This document shows, piece after piece, positions 10,803 to 23,199 of a DNA stretch of 64,000 nt. The stretch covers positions 94,736,001 through 94,800,000 of the forward strand of contig OY740784.1 in the NCBI GenBank assembly GCA_963514005.1. The letters run 5' to 3'. Both the position numbers and the translations under genes were made by a program. Each line of letters starts with the position of its first letter. Within the stretch, counting starts at the first letter, position 1. This stretch comes from Raja brachyura (Eukaryota). Below the pieces are notes generated by a model that searched no databases, was not told the origin of the DNA, and worked only from the letters and a program-made list of their open reading frames with translations.

Positions 10803-12406
10803 CAGTGGTTTGCAAAAGTATTTATACCCCTTGAACTTTTCCACATTTTGTCACGTTATAACCATAAACATAAATGTATTTTATTGGGATTTTATGTGAT
10901 AGACCAACACAAAGTGGCGCATAATTGTGAAGTGAAAGGAAAATTATACATGGTTTTCACATTTTTTTACAAATAAAAAACTGAAAAGTGTGGCGTGCAA
11001 AAGTATTCAGCCCCCTTTACTCTGATACCCCTAAATAAAATCCAGTGCAACCAATTGCCTTCAGAAGTCACCTAATTAGTAAATACAGTCCACTTGTGTA
11101 TAATCTAATCTCAGTATAAATACAGCTGTTCTGTGAAGGCCTCAGAGGTTTGTTAGAGAACATTAGTGAACAAACAGCATCATGAAGCCCAAGGAACACA
11201 CCAGACAGGTCAGGGATAAAGTTTAAAGCAGGGTTAGGTTAAAAAAAATATCCCAACTTTTGATCATCACACGGAGCACTGTTCAATCCATCATCCGAAA
11301 ATGGAAAGAGTATGGCACAACTGCAAACCTACCAAGACATGGCCGTCCACCTAAACAGACAGGCCGGGCAAGGAGAGCATTGATCAGAGAAGCAGCCAAG
11401 AGGCCCATGGTAACTCTGAAGGAGCTGCAGAGATCCACAGCTCAGGTGGGAGAATCTGTCCACAGGACAACTATTAGTCGTGCACTCCACAAATCGGGTC
11501 TTTATGGAAGAGTGGCAAGAAGAAAGCCATTGTTGAAACAAAGCCATAAGAATTCCATTTGCAATTTTCCACAAGCCATGTGGGGGACACAACAAACAAG
11601 TGGAGGAAGGTGCTCTGGTCTGATGAGACAAAAATTGAAGTTTTTGGCCTAAATGCGAAACGCTATGTATGGCGGAAAACTAACACTGCACATCACCCTG
11701 AACACACCATCCCCACTGTGAAACATGGTGGTGGCAGCATCATGCTGTGGGGATGCTATTCTTCAGCAGGGACAGGGAAGCTGGTCAGTGTTTATGGGAA
11801 GATGGATGGAGCCAAATACAGGGCAATCTTGAAAGAAAACCTGTTAGAGTCTGGAAAAGACTTGAGACTGGGGCAGAGGTTCACCTTCCAGCAGGACAAC
11901 GACCCTAAACATACAGCCAGAGCTACAATGGAATGGTTTAGATCAAAGCATATTCATGTGTTAGAATGGCGTAGTCAAAGTCCAGACCTAAATCCAATTG
12001 AGAATCTCTGGCAAGACTTGAAAATTGCTGTTCACAGACGCTCTCCATCTAATCTGACTGAGCTTGAGCTATTTTGCAAAGAGGAATGGGCATACATTTC
12101 AGTCTCTAGATGTGCAAAGCTGGTAGAGACATACCCCAAAAGACTTGCAGCTGTAATTGCAGCGAAAGGTGGTTCTATAAAGTATTGACTCAGGGGGGCT
12201 GAATACTTTTGCACGCCACACTTTTCAGTTTTTTATTTGTAATAAAATTTGGAAACCATGTATAATTTTCCTTCCACTCCACAATTATACACCACTTTGT
12301 GTTGGTCTATCACATAAAATCCCAATACAATACGTTTACGTTTGTGGTTGTAACGTGACAAAATGTGGAAAAGTTCAAGGGGTATGGATACTTTTGCAAG
12401 TCACTG
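10803..12406 (+). mobile_element. Full-length Tc1 IR/DR DNA transposon, Passport-like
   Basis: TA TSDs (10801-02, 12407-08), CAGTG...CACTG ends, ~210-bp TIRs with inner direct repeat (caaaagtattcagcccc), internal transposase. Confidence 0.95.
11182..12188 (+). pseudogene. Tc1 DD34E transposase, disrupted
   Basis: MKPKEHTRQVRDKV..., GRPPK HTH linker, WSDETK, QQDNDPKH, 34 residues, then NPIEN, and C-terminal KGGSIKY. Deletion/stop near 11220-11260 and a frameshift near 11555. Confidence 0.92.
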
Positions 12407-13579
12407 TATCCAGTGAATCGTGAGCATAATTGTTTTGAAATTTCAGTGTTTTTGCAGGCACAGTTTCAGATAAAATATCCATTATTTTCCTATGGTAGCT
12501 TTTATTAACTGTTTCCTACCTTTCCACATTCATGCAAATCAAAATGGAATATAGCAACACTGTGTTAATCAAACACAACTGGGTGTCTTACTGTAATTTA
12601 AAGGATTCAGATATTTCATTCATTAATCATAAACTGGATACTGGCAATCAAAATACTTCTTATGACCTTAACCATTAATTTTGCTCAATGTATTATGTAT
12701 GACCTATATAACACAATAACCTCTCCTATTAACATAATGAACCAGCACTACAAATGTACTGCGTTGACACAAAAGAACAGAAAGTTCATTCCTTACAAGT
12801 TATCTGTGCTAAATTATTGAAGGCATTTAATTATTTATCAGAGATGAGATCATTTGCAATTACATTTCTTTTTTTCAATGAAATGTTTTAATGTTGCAAC
12901 AGTTAATGGAGCAATCCAAATTAAGCAAAAATATCAAGTCCATGTATCTAAAACTTTATGGAAATAGCCTTTAATTTTGTTGAGCCTTTAAAATATATAT
13001 TTTTAACCTCCCATTTGGTCATCCTATGTCATAATTTGACAGGAAGACAAACAGCTGGCGCAGTCCCAAGTCTTGGCAAGGAGACTGTATCCAGTAGTTG
13101 AAGGATGCTTAGTCAGAGCCCTGTGTGACTCTTTAAAAAAAAACGAATTCATAAGGATTGTGCGAGCTATTAAACATGTTCCTGCTGTAGTTTACAATTA
13201 ATTCGGCTGTTATAGCTACTATCAAATAGTAGACTGTTACACCAAAGAGAAAGGCCATTTAGCCCATCAATTTATACTGGTGGTTTATCTTCTTAATAGG
13301 ACACTACTTCAATCTAGTTCTCTTCACAACCCCTGGCTGCTAATATTGCGCATCTTGAGGCAAATTTGCTTTAAATTCTTAATGATCCTAGTTCACTACA
13401 TCTTTGCAAAGAGGAATTGCTCATGTATTTTCACTTCTGATAAAATAGATTTTTTTTTGTGGTGTTGCTATATTGAATAAAGGTTCTCTTGTTACCGACT
13501 CATTGAGTTACGGAATTAATTGCTCTTTGTTTAGGAAAGATCAAACCTTTAGATCTGTTTTGGATTTGGAGTTAATTTG

Positions 13580-13875
13580 GTAAATTATGTAGTGCTGCGT
13601 CCTTACACCTCTAGGAACCTGGGTATATTCCAGCCCTCAGTGCTCTCTGTGCAAGGCTCGCACGTTTCCTCCATGACTATATAGGTTTACAAAGGTAAGC
13701 TGATAGGTTTATGGGTAACTGAGCACAGGTATATGACTATAGACTGTAGTTGATGAGCATGAGAGAAAAAAATCTCAGTTGCATGGGTGCAGAGAGATAA
13801 GGAGAGGTGGAGTAGATTAGCTCCAATGGCATCCAGCATGTACCCATTGGGAGAATGGCCTCCTCTGCGTCTATG
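13580..13875 (+). mobile_element. Degenerate HE1-like V-SINE
   Basis: Remnant tRNA-like head and V-domain (gctcgcacgtttcctccatgac), CR1-like tail. Confidence 0.5.
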
Positions 13876-15294
13876 TTTTTAGAAGTTAAATTGCAACTCA
13901 AATCTCTTAACTTGTTTTGATCCAGATCCTTTGAAATCCATAATAAACAAATATCCATTGGCTCACAATCTTGAAATCAAGAATTATCCTGGTAAATGTT
14001 TTCATTTATAGGACACATTTAGCATGGACAAATAATCCATGACGTTTCACAGAATTTGTTATCAAGCCACAGACAAATACATTAGTGTAGAGGACAGAAT
14101 ATTTAATGAAATAGATGGGTTTGTGGAGAAGCTCAAAGGAAGGATAGAGAGGTTGAAATGCTTTGTAATGGAATCCCAGAGCCTCTTCACTGCCAGCCCA
14201 ACAGTGAATGGTTGAGTGAATAAAACTGGGGGATATATATGAGAGTCCAAAGTTGAAAGTGTGCAGTGATTTCAGAAGGTTCGAAGACTAGAGGAGGTAG
14301 ACAGAGATAGAAAGTAATAAGGCTCTGGCAGTTTTTTTTGAAAATGAGGATAAAATGGTTGAAATAACACAACATTTTAAAGATATTTGGATTGGGTTTA
14401 TGGATAGGAAATACTTAGAGGGATGTGGGCCAAATGCAGGCAGGTCAGTAGTGTAGGTGGGGCATCCAGATCGGCATGTGCAAGTCGTGCTCGATGACTA
14501 TGGCTCTATGACTTTATGGCTGCAGAACCAGAGTTAAAGGGGACCACAATGATGAGTGCAATTACAAGCAGCTGAATTACAGGCTCAGTGCAATTACAGG
14601 CAGCTGAATGTTGAATGGGCTCACACCACCGAGTGGATGTTGGAGCAGTCAAGAGCAGAGGTAGGAAGGGCACCTAGGGTGGGTGAGGGTCTCGACAGCT
14701 GATGAGTTGTGGTGTCACCTGTTTGACTCTCTGCATCCGGAGAAAGTATCAGCATGGTCCAGGACAAACTAGGATATCATTAGAAAAACAAGGTTCAGTA
14801 CTTCCCAAAATAAGTCCAGCTTGTCTTATCTTAAAATTAGACAACATTTAAGTCCATCTCAATGAAACAGAAGCCATTTCAGAGCCTCATCAGTCCCATT
14901 AACCAGCTCATTTGCAGCACACTCCCCAACCTTGATGTTAAGGCCAATCAAATTAGGCTTTCTTCAATTAAATTTGTGTGACAAGTCCTCACAGGCAATT
15001 CTTTTTCTACGGTTATTTTCTCCTCTTGACTTTGTCTTAGTTTCCCAACCGAGAAAAGGAGCTGTTCTCGTCCTGGCCATAATTGCAATACCAGGCCAAA
15101 CATGGAGTGGATGAAGCAGGCTTTGTTAAAAAACAAACAGTTTAATACTCTGTTTCCAGAATGGGAACATTTCGGATGATCAAACGAAAGGACCTATAAT
15201 TTAAATTGCTTACAAAATGTATATACTTTTCATTATGTCTCAGGATTGTAAGAATTATTGTTGTAGTTCAGAAGACGGTGTAAAGACATCTTGA

Positions 15295-15540
15295 GATGAA
15301 TGTATCAGCATTACAGGAAGGATGTGGAGGCTTTGGAGAGGGTGCAGGAGATCTTTATCAGAATGATGCCTGGATTAGGGGGTATTAGCTACAACTAGAG
15401 GTTGGGCAAGCTTGGATTGTTTTTTTCTGGAGCTTCAGAAGCACATGGGATTCTTTATCTTAGCATTATGATTGGCATATACATGGTGGGTTGAGAGGTC
15501 AGTTCCTGTGCTGTATTTTCCTATGTTCCGTGTTCTATGG
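15295..15540 (+). mobile_element. CR1 3' fragment (deleted)
   Basis: RKDVEALERVQ.. sequence and ttcctatgttccgtgttctatg tail. Confidence 0.6.
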
Positions 15541-15754
15541 CTCAGATATGCAACATATTCATAGTTATCTTAATTAGTGAGTTTGTAATAGTTGCTTCCA
15601 CTTCACATCTGAAAACTGGCACAAAGATGGGCCACTCAAATTTTAAGATGTAAACGTTTTGGGGAAGTTTGCAATTAAACAGATATGTTCTGTTTGTAAA
15701 AAAAAACAGGCTAATCAAATCAAACTAATTACCACACAATCACAGAAGGGATGC

Positions 15755-16138
15755 ATTTCCTTTCCACTTTCTGCAGAGACTGTTTTTTCCACAACTCCCT
15801 ACTTAACCCATCCCTACCCACCCAAACAACCCAGGTAGCTTCCCCTGCAACTGCACGAGATGCAACACCTGTCCCTATATGTCCTCCCTTGACTATCCAG
15901 GGAGCCTGACAGACCTTTCAGGTGAGGCAGAGGTTAACTTGCACATCCTCCAACCTCACCTACTGTGTCCACTGTTCCAGGTGTGGACTCCTATATATCG
16001 GCGAGACCAAGTGCAGACTGGGTGATCGTGTCGCTGAACACATTCGCTCTGTCTGCCTTGGACTACATGATCTCCCGGTTGCTAAACATTTTGTGTCTCT
16101 CTTTGGTATATATCAGCATCTGCTGTTCCTCCCTACAC
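15755..16138 (+). mobile_element. Penelope-like GIY-YIG endonuclease fragment joined to a pLTR end
   Basis: RQRLTCTSSNLTYCVHCSRCGLLYIGETKCRLGDRVAEH..LPVAKHF, preceded by FPCNCTRCNTCPY; ends cagcatctgctgttcctccctacac. Confidence 0.85.
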
Positions 16139-17807
16139 TTCTCAGAAAATGAACTGTAACACCAGTCATTCAAGAAGAATAGTCATATATTTCTGCTCAT
16201 TTCTTAGTTCCCATTAGTGAATGTGTGGAATAAAGGGGAAATTGTAGGATATGGGTAAATGGATATATGATGGTCAGCGCAAATTCAGTAGGTTGATGCA
16301 TCTGTTTCTATGCTGTATTATTCTGCAACTACCATGGCTACAAGAAAAGGTCAGAGGCATGGCATTCAGCAGTGAGTAATATGGCTTGCTGCACCTTTCT
16401 ACCTTCCATAAGGTGCAAGTCAGGAGTGTGATGGAATAATCTCCAATTGCTTGGAGCATAGTAGCACTAACAGCTCTCAAAAGGTTTAAAACCATTCAGA
16501 GTGTTGTAGCGAGAAAAGCCACTGCTTCGCACGTTCAGTGACCAAAGATCAATCCAGACCTCTGGCACTATCTGTGTGTTGTTTGCACATTCTCTTTCTG
16601 AATACACAGGTTTGCTCCAGGTACTCTTCGACCCACAATGTCTGTGCTAAACGTGATGCCAAGACCAACTCTTGTCCGCCTGCAAATAATCCATATCCAT
16701 CCATCCCCTGCATATACATGTACCTATACAAAAAGCCTCTTAAATTCCACTATCATATCCCCCTTCACTATCGCCCCGGGAGCACACCACCTTGCGTGTA
16801 ACAAACTTGGTCTGCAAATTGCCCTTGGTCACTATGTACTGCCATCTAGGAGGTATAATCTGGTGGAGTATTTGGAAATGTTGAGAGAATAAATTGGATT
16901 AGGATCAATAGGAGCTTGATGGTGGAATTGGAGTCTGTGAACCAAAAGGCCCATTTCAATGTATCCTTGAAGGACTGCAGCGGTTCTAGAAAACAGTTTT
17001 CAAGGGGTAATAAAATGCCAGCCTTGTCAATACCACTCACATTCTGAAGAATAAATTAATGAATAAAACGCTTTATTAGATCATTGCCCCATGCATATGT
17101 ACAAAGCTCCATGAACTACCTACTTAACATGGTTAGAACGAGTTGGACCAAATCACTTTTTATTAATACTAAGTGACTTTTTCACTGTCGCTAAAATATT
17201 ACTGAGTGGAAAGTTATTTTATGCTTAATGTATAAACTTCTATTTGAATTGATCTAGATATAATTTAAACTGAGCAAAAAAAGTATCCTATAGCAAGATT
17301 CCCATCATTATAATCATTATTTAATGAAGCAAAACATTGCAACATGATTGTTCTTCTTTCCATTTTTGCTGATTTAAAGGATTTTGTTTTGTTTAAATAG
17401 TGAAAGCTTATGAATCCATTAAGTATTATGCACTGCTCCGGTTAAGATGAGCTTTATCATCATCAGTGAAAGTCGCAGAGCCGGAGATGTGGAGTTGGGT
17501 GTGGTTGTGACATGTGGTTGGGAGCAAATTTCAACAATACAAGTCCATTTCAATCTTGTACACTGTCCAATCAATAACATCATCATTATTCTTATTTGAG
17601 GAGATGCAAGTAATTCACCAGGATGGGTGATAGATATTCATTTAATATCATGTTGCCTTTTGGATTTTAAATCGATTCTAATCAACAGAGCTTTTTGTTA
17701 AGAAATTGAATAATGTAACATTTTCTTCCAGATGAATCATATACAGAAAGAGGAAGTGATTTGCAAAGGAGTTGGAAAGTTGGAGTAAACATATTGCTGT
17801 TGCTTAT

Positions 17808-18930
17808 CAAGTCAAGTTGAGTTCATTGTCACATGCACATGTGTGGTGAGGTACAGTGGTACAATGAAAAATCTTACGTGTAGCAGCATGCCGTGCACAA
17901 TAGACTCGGATGAACACAAGGATAAATTACATATAAATCACCTATAAAAATGTTAAAAGAAAGAAGATATAGTATAAAAATATAATTGTAGTAAAAACAG
18001 GTCCATGGTAGTCTAGTGTTTTCGAGGTAGGATTGTGGTTGTGCGGGTTGGTTCAAGAATCTGACAGTTGGATTAAAGTCGCTGTTCTTGAACCTGGTGG
18101 AATGGGACTTCAGTCTTTTGTATCTCCTGCCTGATTATAGCAATGAGAAGAGGACATGGCCCGGATGGTGGGGGTCACTTCATAGTAGATGCTGTCATCT
18201 TGAAACGGCACCTCATGTACACACTTTTGGTGGACAGGTGGCTGTGGCTGTAGCTGTGACGGTCTGGGCTGAGTCCACATACTTAGTTAGTTTATTGTCA
18301 CCTGCACCGAGGTACAGTGTAAAGCTTTTGTTGCATGCTAACCAGTCAACGGAAAGACCATACATGATTACAATCGACCATACATGATTGAGCATTCCCA
18401 GTGTACAGATACATGACAAAGAGAATAACATGATTAACATTTAGTGCAATTAACATCCAGGAAAGACTGATCAAAGATGGTCCAAGGGTCCCCAATGAGG
18501 TAGATAGTAGTTATTGGTAGCATGGTTCACTTGTCTGATAAAAGCTGGAAAGAAACGTTTCCTGAATCTGGAAGTATGCGTTTTCACACTTCTATACCTT
18601 TTGTCAGAATATAAGAGGGAAGGAGAGGGAAAGGCCAGGAGTGTAAATTGACTCAATAGAAGGGAGGTTGGTCTGTGTGATGGTCTGGGCTGCGTCCACA
18701 AATCTCTGCAATTTATTGCGGTCTTGGATGGAGCTGTTCCGGAAGCATACTGTGATTCATCCCGATAAAATGCTTTCAAAGGCTGCATCCTCTTTCAATC
18801 AGTCAGGATATATTTTACAGTACATCTGTAAAACATTGTTAGAGTATTCAGAGACATACCCAAACTCTAAGATAGTAATGAAATAGAGTGCTGGTGTGGC
18901 TTCTTCATGATTGTATAAGTGTTCAGGGCC
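17808..18930 (-). mobile_element. Two adjacent or nested Rex1/Babar 3' fragments
   Basis: Two tails (caagtcaagtt..attgtcac at 17808; ttagttagtttattgtcac at 18283); DKRYRSVKTHTSRFRKRFFP in ORF 18471-18788. Confidence 0.7.
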
Positions 18931-18934
18931 CAAC

Positions 18935-19392
18935 TTTCCCACCCAGAACAACATGCCCCATCTACACTAGTCCTATCTACCTGCATTCGGTCCATATCCC
19001 TCTAAACCAATCCTGTCCACGCGCATGTCTAAGTGCTTCTTAAATGTTGTGATAATTCCTGACTCAACCACATCCTCGAGCAATTAGTTCCATATACGTA
19101 CCACCCTTTGTGTAAAAAAGTTGCCCCTCAGGTTCCTATTAAATCTTTCCTCACTTCCCCCCTCACCTTAAACCTACGTCGTTGGGTTCTCAATTCCCCT
19201 GCTCTGTTAAAAGACTCTGTGCTTTTAACCTACCTATTTCTCTCATAATCTTATACACCAGGATAAGATCACCGCTCGTCCTCCTGTGTCGCAAGGAATA
19301 AAGTCCTATCCTGCTCAACATTTCCCTGTGGCTTAGGCCCTCGAGTCTTGGCAACATCCTCGTATATCTTTTCTGCACACGTCACAGCTTAA
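18935..19392 (-). mobile_element. CR1 3' fragment
   Basis: QKRYTRMLPRLEGLSHREMLSRIGLYSL. Confidence 0.75.
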
Positions 19393-19729
19393 GCTTTTCA
19401 GCGAACATCTGAAGTGAATTGGCGGTCACATTTAGTAAGGCTGAATGCCAAAGGAATAGTTATACTTGCTGACTATGCAGCCAAAGCCAAGTAATCAAAA
19501 TGGAACTTAATTAAATATTGATCCACACGTATAAATATTATAAGAACATGTAGACGAATATTCAATCTTTAACTAACCCTTGCTGGAATTGTGTAGCACG
19601 TTGGAAATGTATGAAATTTCTTAGCTTTTGTTCAAATGAGGTGTCAATATTATTTACAGATGACTTATGTAGGATAAAATTCTGGTACTGATGTTGCACA
19701 CCCTCTGTACCTTTACCTTATAAAAAGCT

Positions 19730-22581
19730 ATGGTCAATCTTATCATCATCTCTTGTAGTGTTGTAAAAACAAGCCTGAAGGCTTTGTGTCTCAATGCGAG
19801 GAGCATTCGTAATAAGGTGGATGAGTTGAAGGTGCAGATAGCGATTAATGACTATGCTATAGTTGGAATCACGGAGACTTGGCTCCAGGATGACCAAGGC
19901 TGGGAGCTGAACATCCAGGGATATTCAATATTCAGGAGGGATAGACGAAAAGGAAAAGGAGGTGGGGTAGCGTTGCTGGTGAGAGAGGAGATTAATGCAA
20001 TAGAAAGGAAGGACATTAGCGTGGAGGATGTGGAATCGATATGGGTAGAGCTGCGAAACTCTAAGGGGCAGAAAACGCTAGTGGGAGCTGTGTACAGGCC
20101 ACCTAACAGTAGTATTGGAGTTGGGGATGGCATCAAACAGGAAATTAGAAATGCGTGCAACAAGGGTAACACGGTTATAATGGGTGACTTCAATCTGCAT
20201 GTAGATTGGGTGAATCAAATTGGCAGGGGTGCTGAGGAAGAGGATTTCCTGGAATGTATGCGGGATAGTTTTCTCAACCAACATGTGGAGGAACCAACGA
20301 GAGAGCAGGCTATTCTAGACTGGGTATTGAGTAATGAGGAAGGGTTAGTTAGCAGTCTTGTTGTGCGTGGCCCCTTGGGCAAGAGTGACCATAATATGGT
20401 TGAGTTCTTCATTAGGATGGAGAGTGACAAAATTAAGTCAGAAACAAGGGTTCTGAACTTGAACAAAGGTAACTTTGAAGGTATGAGATGTGAATTGGCC
20501 AAGATAGACTGGCAGGTGATTCTTAAAGGGTTGACAGTGGATGTGCAATGGAAGGTATTTAAAGACTGCATGGATGAAGTACAAAAGTTGTTCATACCAG
20601 TTTGGCAAAAGAATAAATCGGGGAAGGTGGTGCATCCATGGATAACAAGGGAAATCAGGGATAGTATAAAAACAAAAGATGAGGCATACAAATTTGCCAG
20701 AAAAAGCAGCCTACCGGAGGACTGGGAGAAATTCAGAATCCAGCAGAGGAGGACAAAGGGCTTAATTAGGAAAGGGAAAATAGATTATGAAAGGAAACTG
20801 GCAGGGAACATAAAAACTGACTGCAAAAGTTTTTATAGATATGTAAAGAGAAAGAGACTAGTTAAAACAAATGTTGGTCCCTTGCAGTCAGAAACAGGTG
20901 AATTGATCATGGGGAACAAGGACATGGCAGACCAATTGAATAACTACTTTGGTTCTGTCTTCACTAAGGAAGACATAAATAATCTGCCGGAAATAGCAGT
21001 GGAACGGGGGTCAAATAAGATGGAGGAACTGAGTGAAATCCAGGTTAGCCGGGAGGTGGTGTTGGGTAAATTGAACGGATTGAAGGCCGATAAATCCCCA
21101 GGGCCAGATAGTCTGCATCCCAGAGTACTCAAGGAGGTAGCCACAGAAATAGTGGATGCATTAGTGATAATTTTTCAAAATTCCTTAGATTCTGGAGTAG
21201 TTCCTGAGGATTGGAGGGTAGCTAATGTAACTCCACTTTTTAAAAAAGGAGGGAGAGAGAAAGCGGGGAATTACAGACCAGTTAGTCTAACATCGGTAGT
21301 GGGGAAACTGCTAGAGTCAGTTATTAAAGATGGGATAGCAGCGCATTTGGAAAGTGGTGAAATCATTGGACAAAGTCAGCATGGATTTACGAAAGGTAAA
21401 TCATGTCTGACAAATCTGATAGAATTTTTCGAGGATGTAACTAGTAGAGTGGATAAGGGAGAACCAGTGGATGTGTTATATCTAGACTTTCAGAAGGCTT
21501 TCGACAAGGTCCCGCATAAGAGATTAGCATACAAACTTAAAGCACACGGTATTGGGGGTTCAGTATTGATGTGGATAGAGAACTGGCTAGCAGACAGGAG
21601 GCAAAGGGTAGGAGTAAACGGGTCCTTTTCAGAATGGCAGGCAGTGACTAGTGGGGTGCCGCAAGGCTCAGTGCTGGGACCCCAGCTATTTACAATATAT
21701 ATTAATGATTTGGACGAGGGAATTCAATGCAACATCTCCAAATTTGCAGATGATACCAAGCTGGGGGGTATAGTTAGGTGTGAGGAGGATGCTTGGAGGC
21801 TGCAGGGTGATTTGGATAGGCTGAGTGAATGGCAGATGCATGGCAGATGCAGTACAATGTGGATAAATGTGAGGTTATCCACTTTGGTGGCAAAAACATG
21901 AGGGTAGACTATTATCTGAATGGTGGCAGATTAGGTAAGGGGGAGATGCAACGAGACCTGGGTGTCATGGTACACCAGTCATTGAAAGTAGGCATGCAGG
22001 TGCAGCAGGCAGTGAAGAAAGCAAATGGTATGTTAGCATTCATAGCGAAAGGATTTGAGTATAGGAGCAGGGAGGTTCTACTGCAGTTGTACAGGGTTTT
22101 GGTGAGGCCACACCTGGAGTACTGCGTACAGTTTTGGTCTCCAAATCTGAGGAAAGACATCCTTGCCATAGAGGGGGTACAGAGAAGATTCACCAGACTG
22201 ATTCCTGGGATGTCAGGACTTTCATATGAGGAAAGATTGGATAGACTCGGTTTGTACTCGATGGAATTTAGAAGATTGAGGGGGGATCTTATAGAAACCT
22301 ACAAAATTCTTAAGGGGTTGGACAAGCTAGATGCTGGAAGATTGTTCCCGATGTTGGGGGAGTCCAGAACAAGGGGTCACAGTCTAAGGATAAGGGGGAA
22401 TTCCTTTAGGACCGAAATGAGGAAAACATTATTTACACAGAGAGTGGTGAGTCTCTGGAATTCTCTGCCACAGAAGGTAGTTGAGGCCAGTTCATTGGCT
22501 ATATTTAAGAGGGCGTTAGATGTGGCACTTGTGGCTAAAGGGATCAGGGGGTATGGAGAGAAGGCAGGTACGGGATACTGA
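19730..22581 (+). pseudogene. CR1 ORF2 (APE endonuclease + reverse transcriptase), single 1-nt frameshift at ~21831
   Basis: APE motifs LNARS, ITETW, YRPP, GDFN, SDH; RT motifs [24 protein letters not shown]. ORFs of 723 aa and 250 aa overlap at the lesion. Confidence 0.93.
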
Positions 22582-22680
22582 GTTGGATGATCAGCCATGA
22601 TCACATTGAATGGCGGTGCAGGCTCGAAGGGCCGAATGGCCTACTCCTGCACCTATTTTCTATGTTTCTATGTTTCTATG
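19753..22680 (+). mobile_element. Young CR1 LINE, 5'-truncated just upstream of the APE domain
   Basis: Nearly complete ORF2, 3'UTR hairpin region and (tttctatg)3 tail at 22657-22680. Confidence 0.95.
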
Positions 22681-22805
22681 TAAAGCCTGTTCATTTAGGC
22701 ATTGAGCATTAGAACAAGCCTCAGTTTTCGAGGCTGTACTAATACACACACCAGGCAGAGGAATCAAGTGTCTTTTCCTATATTAGTATTACTCAGGCCA
22801 TGACA

Positions 22806-23068
22806 GGGTGGCATGGTGGTGCAGCGGTAGAATTGCTGCCTTACAGCGCTTACAGCGCCAGAGACCAGGGTTTGATCCCGACTACAGGTGCTGTCTGTAT
22901 GGAGTTTGTATGTTCTCTCCGTGACTGCATGGGTTTCCTCCCAAAGACGTACAGGTTTGAAGACTAATAGGCTTGGTATAAATCTACAAATTGTCCCTAG
23001 TGTGTGCAGGCTAGTGTTAGTGTGTGGGGATCACTGGTCAGTGCAGTCTAGGTATCTCTAAACTAAAC
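22806..23068 (+). mobile_element. HE1-like tRNA-derived V-SINE
   Basis: A-box tggtgcagcggtag, B-box ggtttgatccc, V-domain ggagtttgtatgttctc, tail ctctaaactaaac. Confidence 0.85.
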
Positions 23069-23199
23069 CAAAACCTCAAGAACAAACAAAACTATAACCA
23101 TATAACAATTACAGCACGGAAACAGGCCATCTCGGCCCTTCAAGTCCGCGCCGAACAACTTTTTTCCCTTAGTCCAACCTGCCTGCACTCATACCATAA

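Noticed and set aside
14699-14750. CTGATGAG as a hammerhead
   Set aside because: No stem II closed directly by GAAA.
19852-22604. Minus-strand ORFs within the CR1 (also 56345-57013 and 57667-58008)
   Set aside because: Antisense shadows of ORF2 that recur only because the copies are homologous.
22806-22885. tRNA genes at SINE heads
   Set aside because: A/B boxes run into the V-domain and LINE tail with no complete cloverleaf; these are SINEs.
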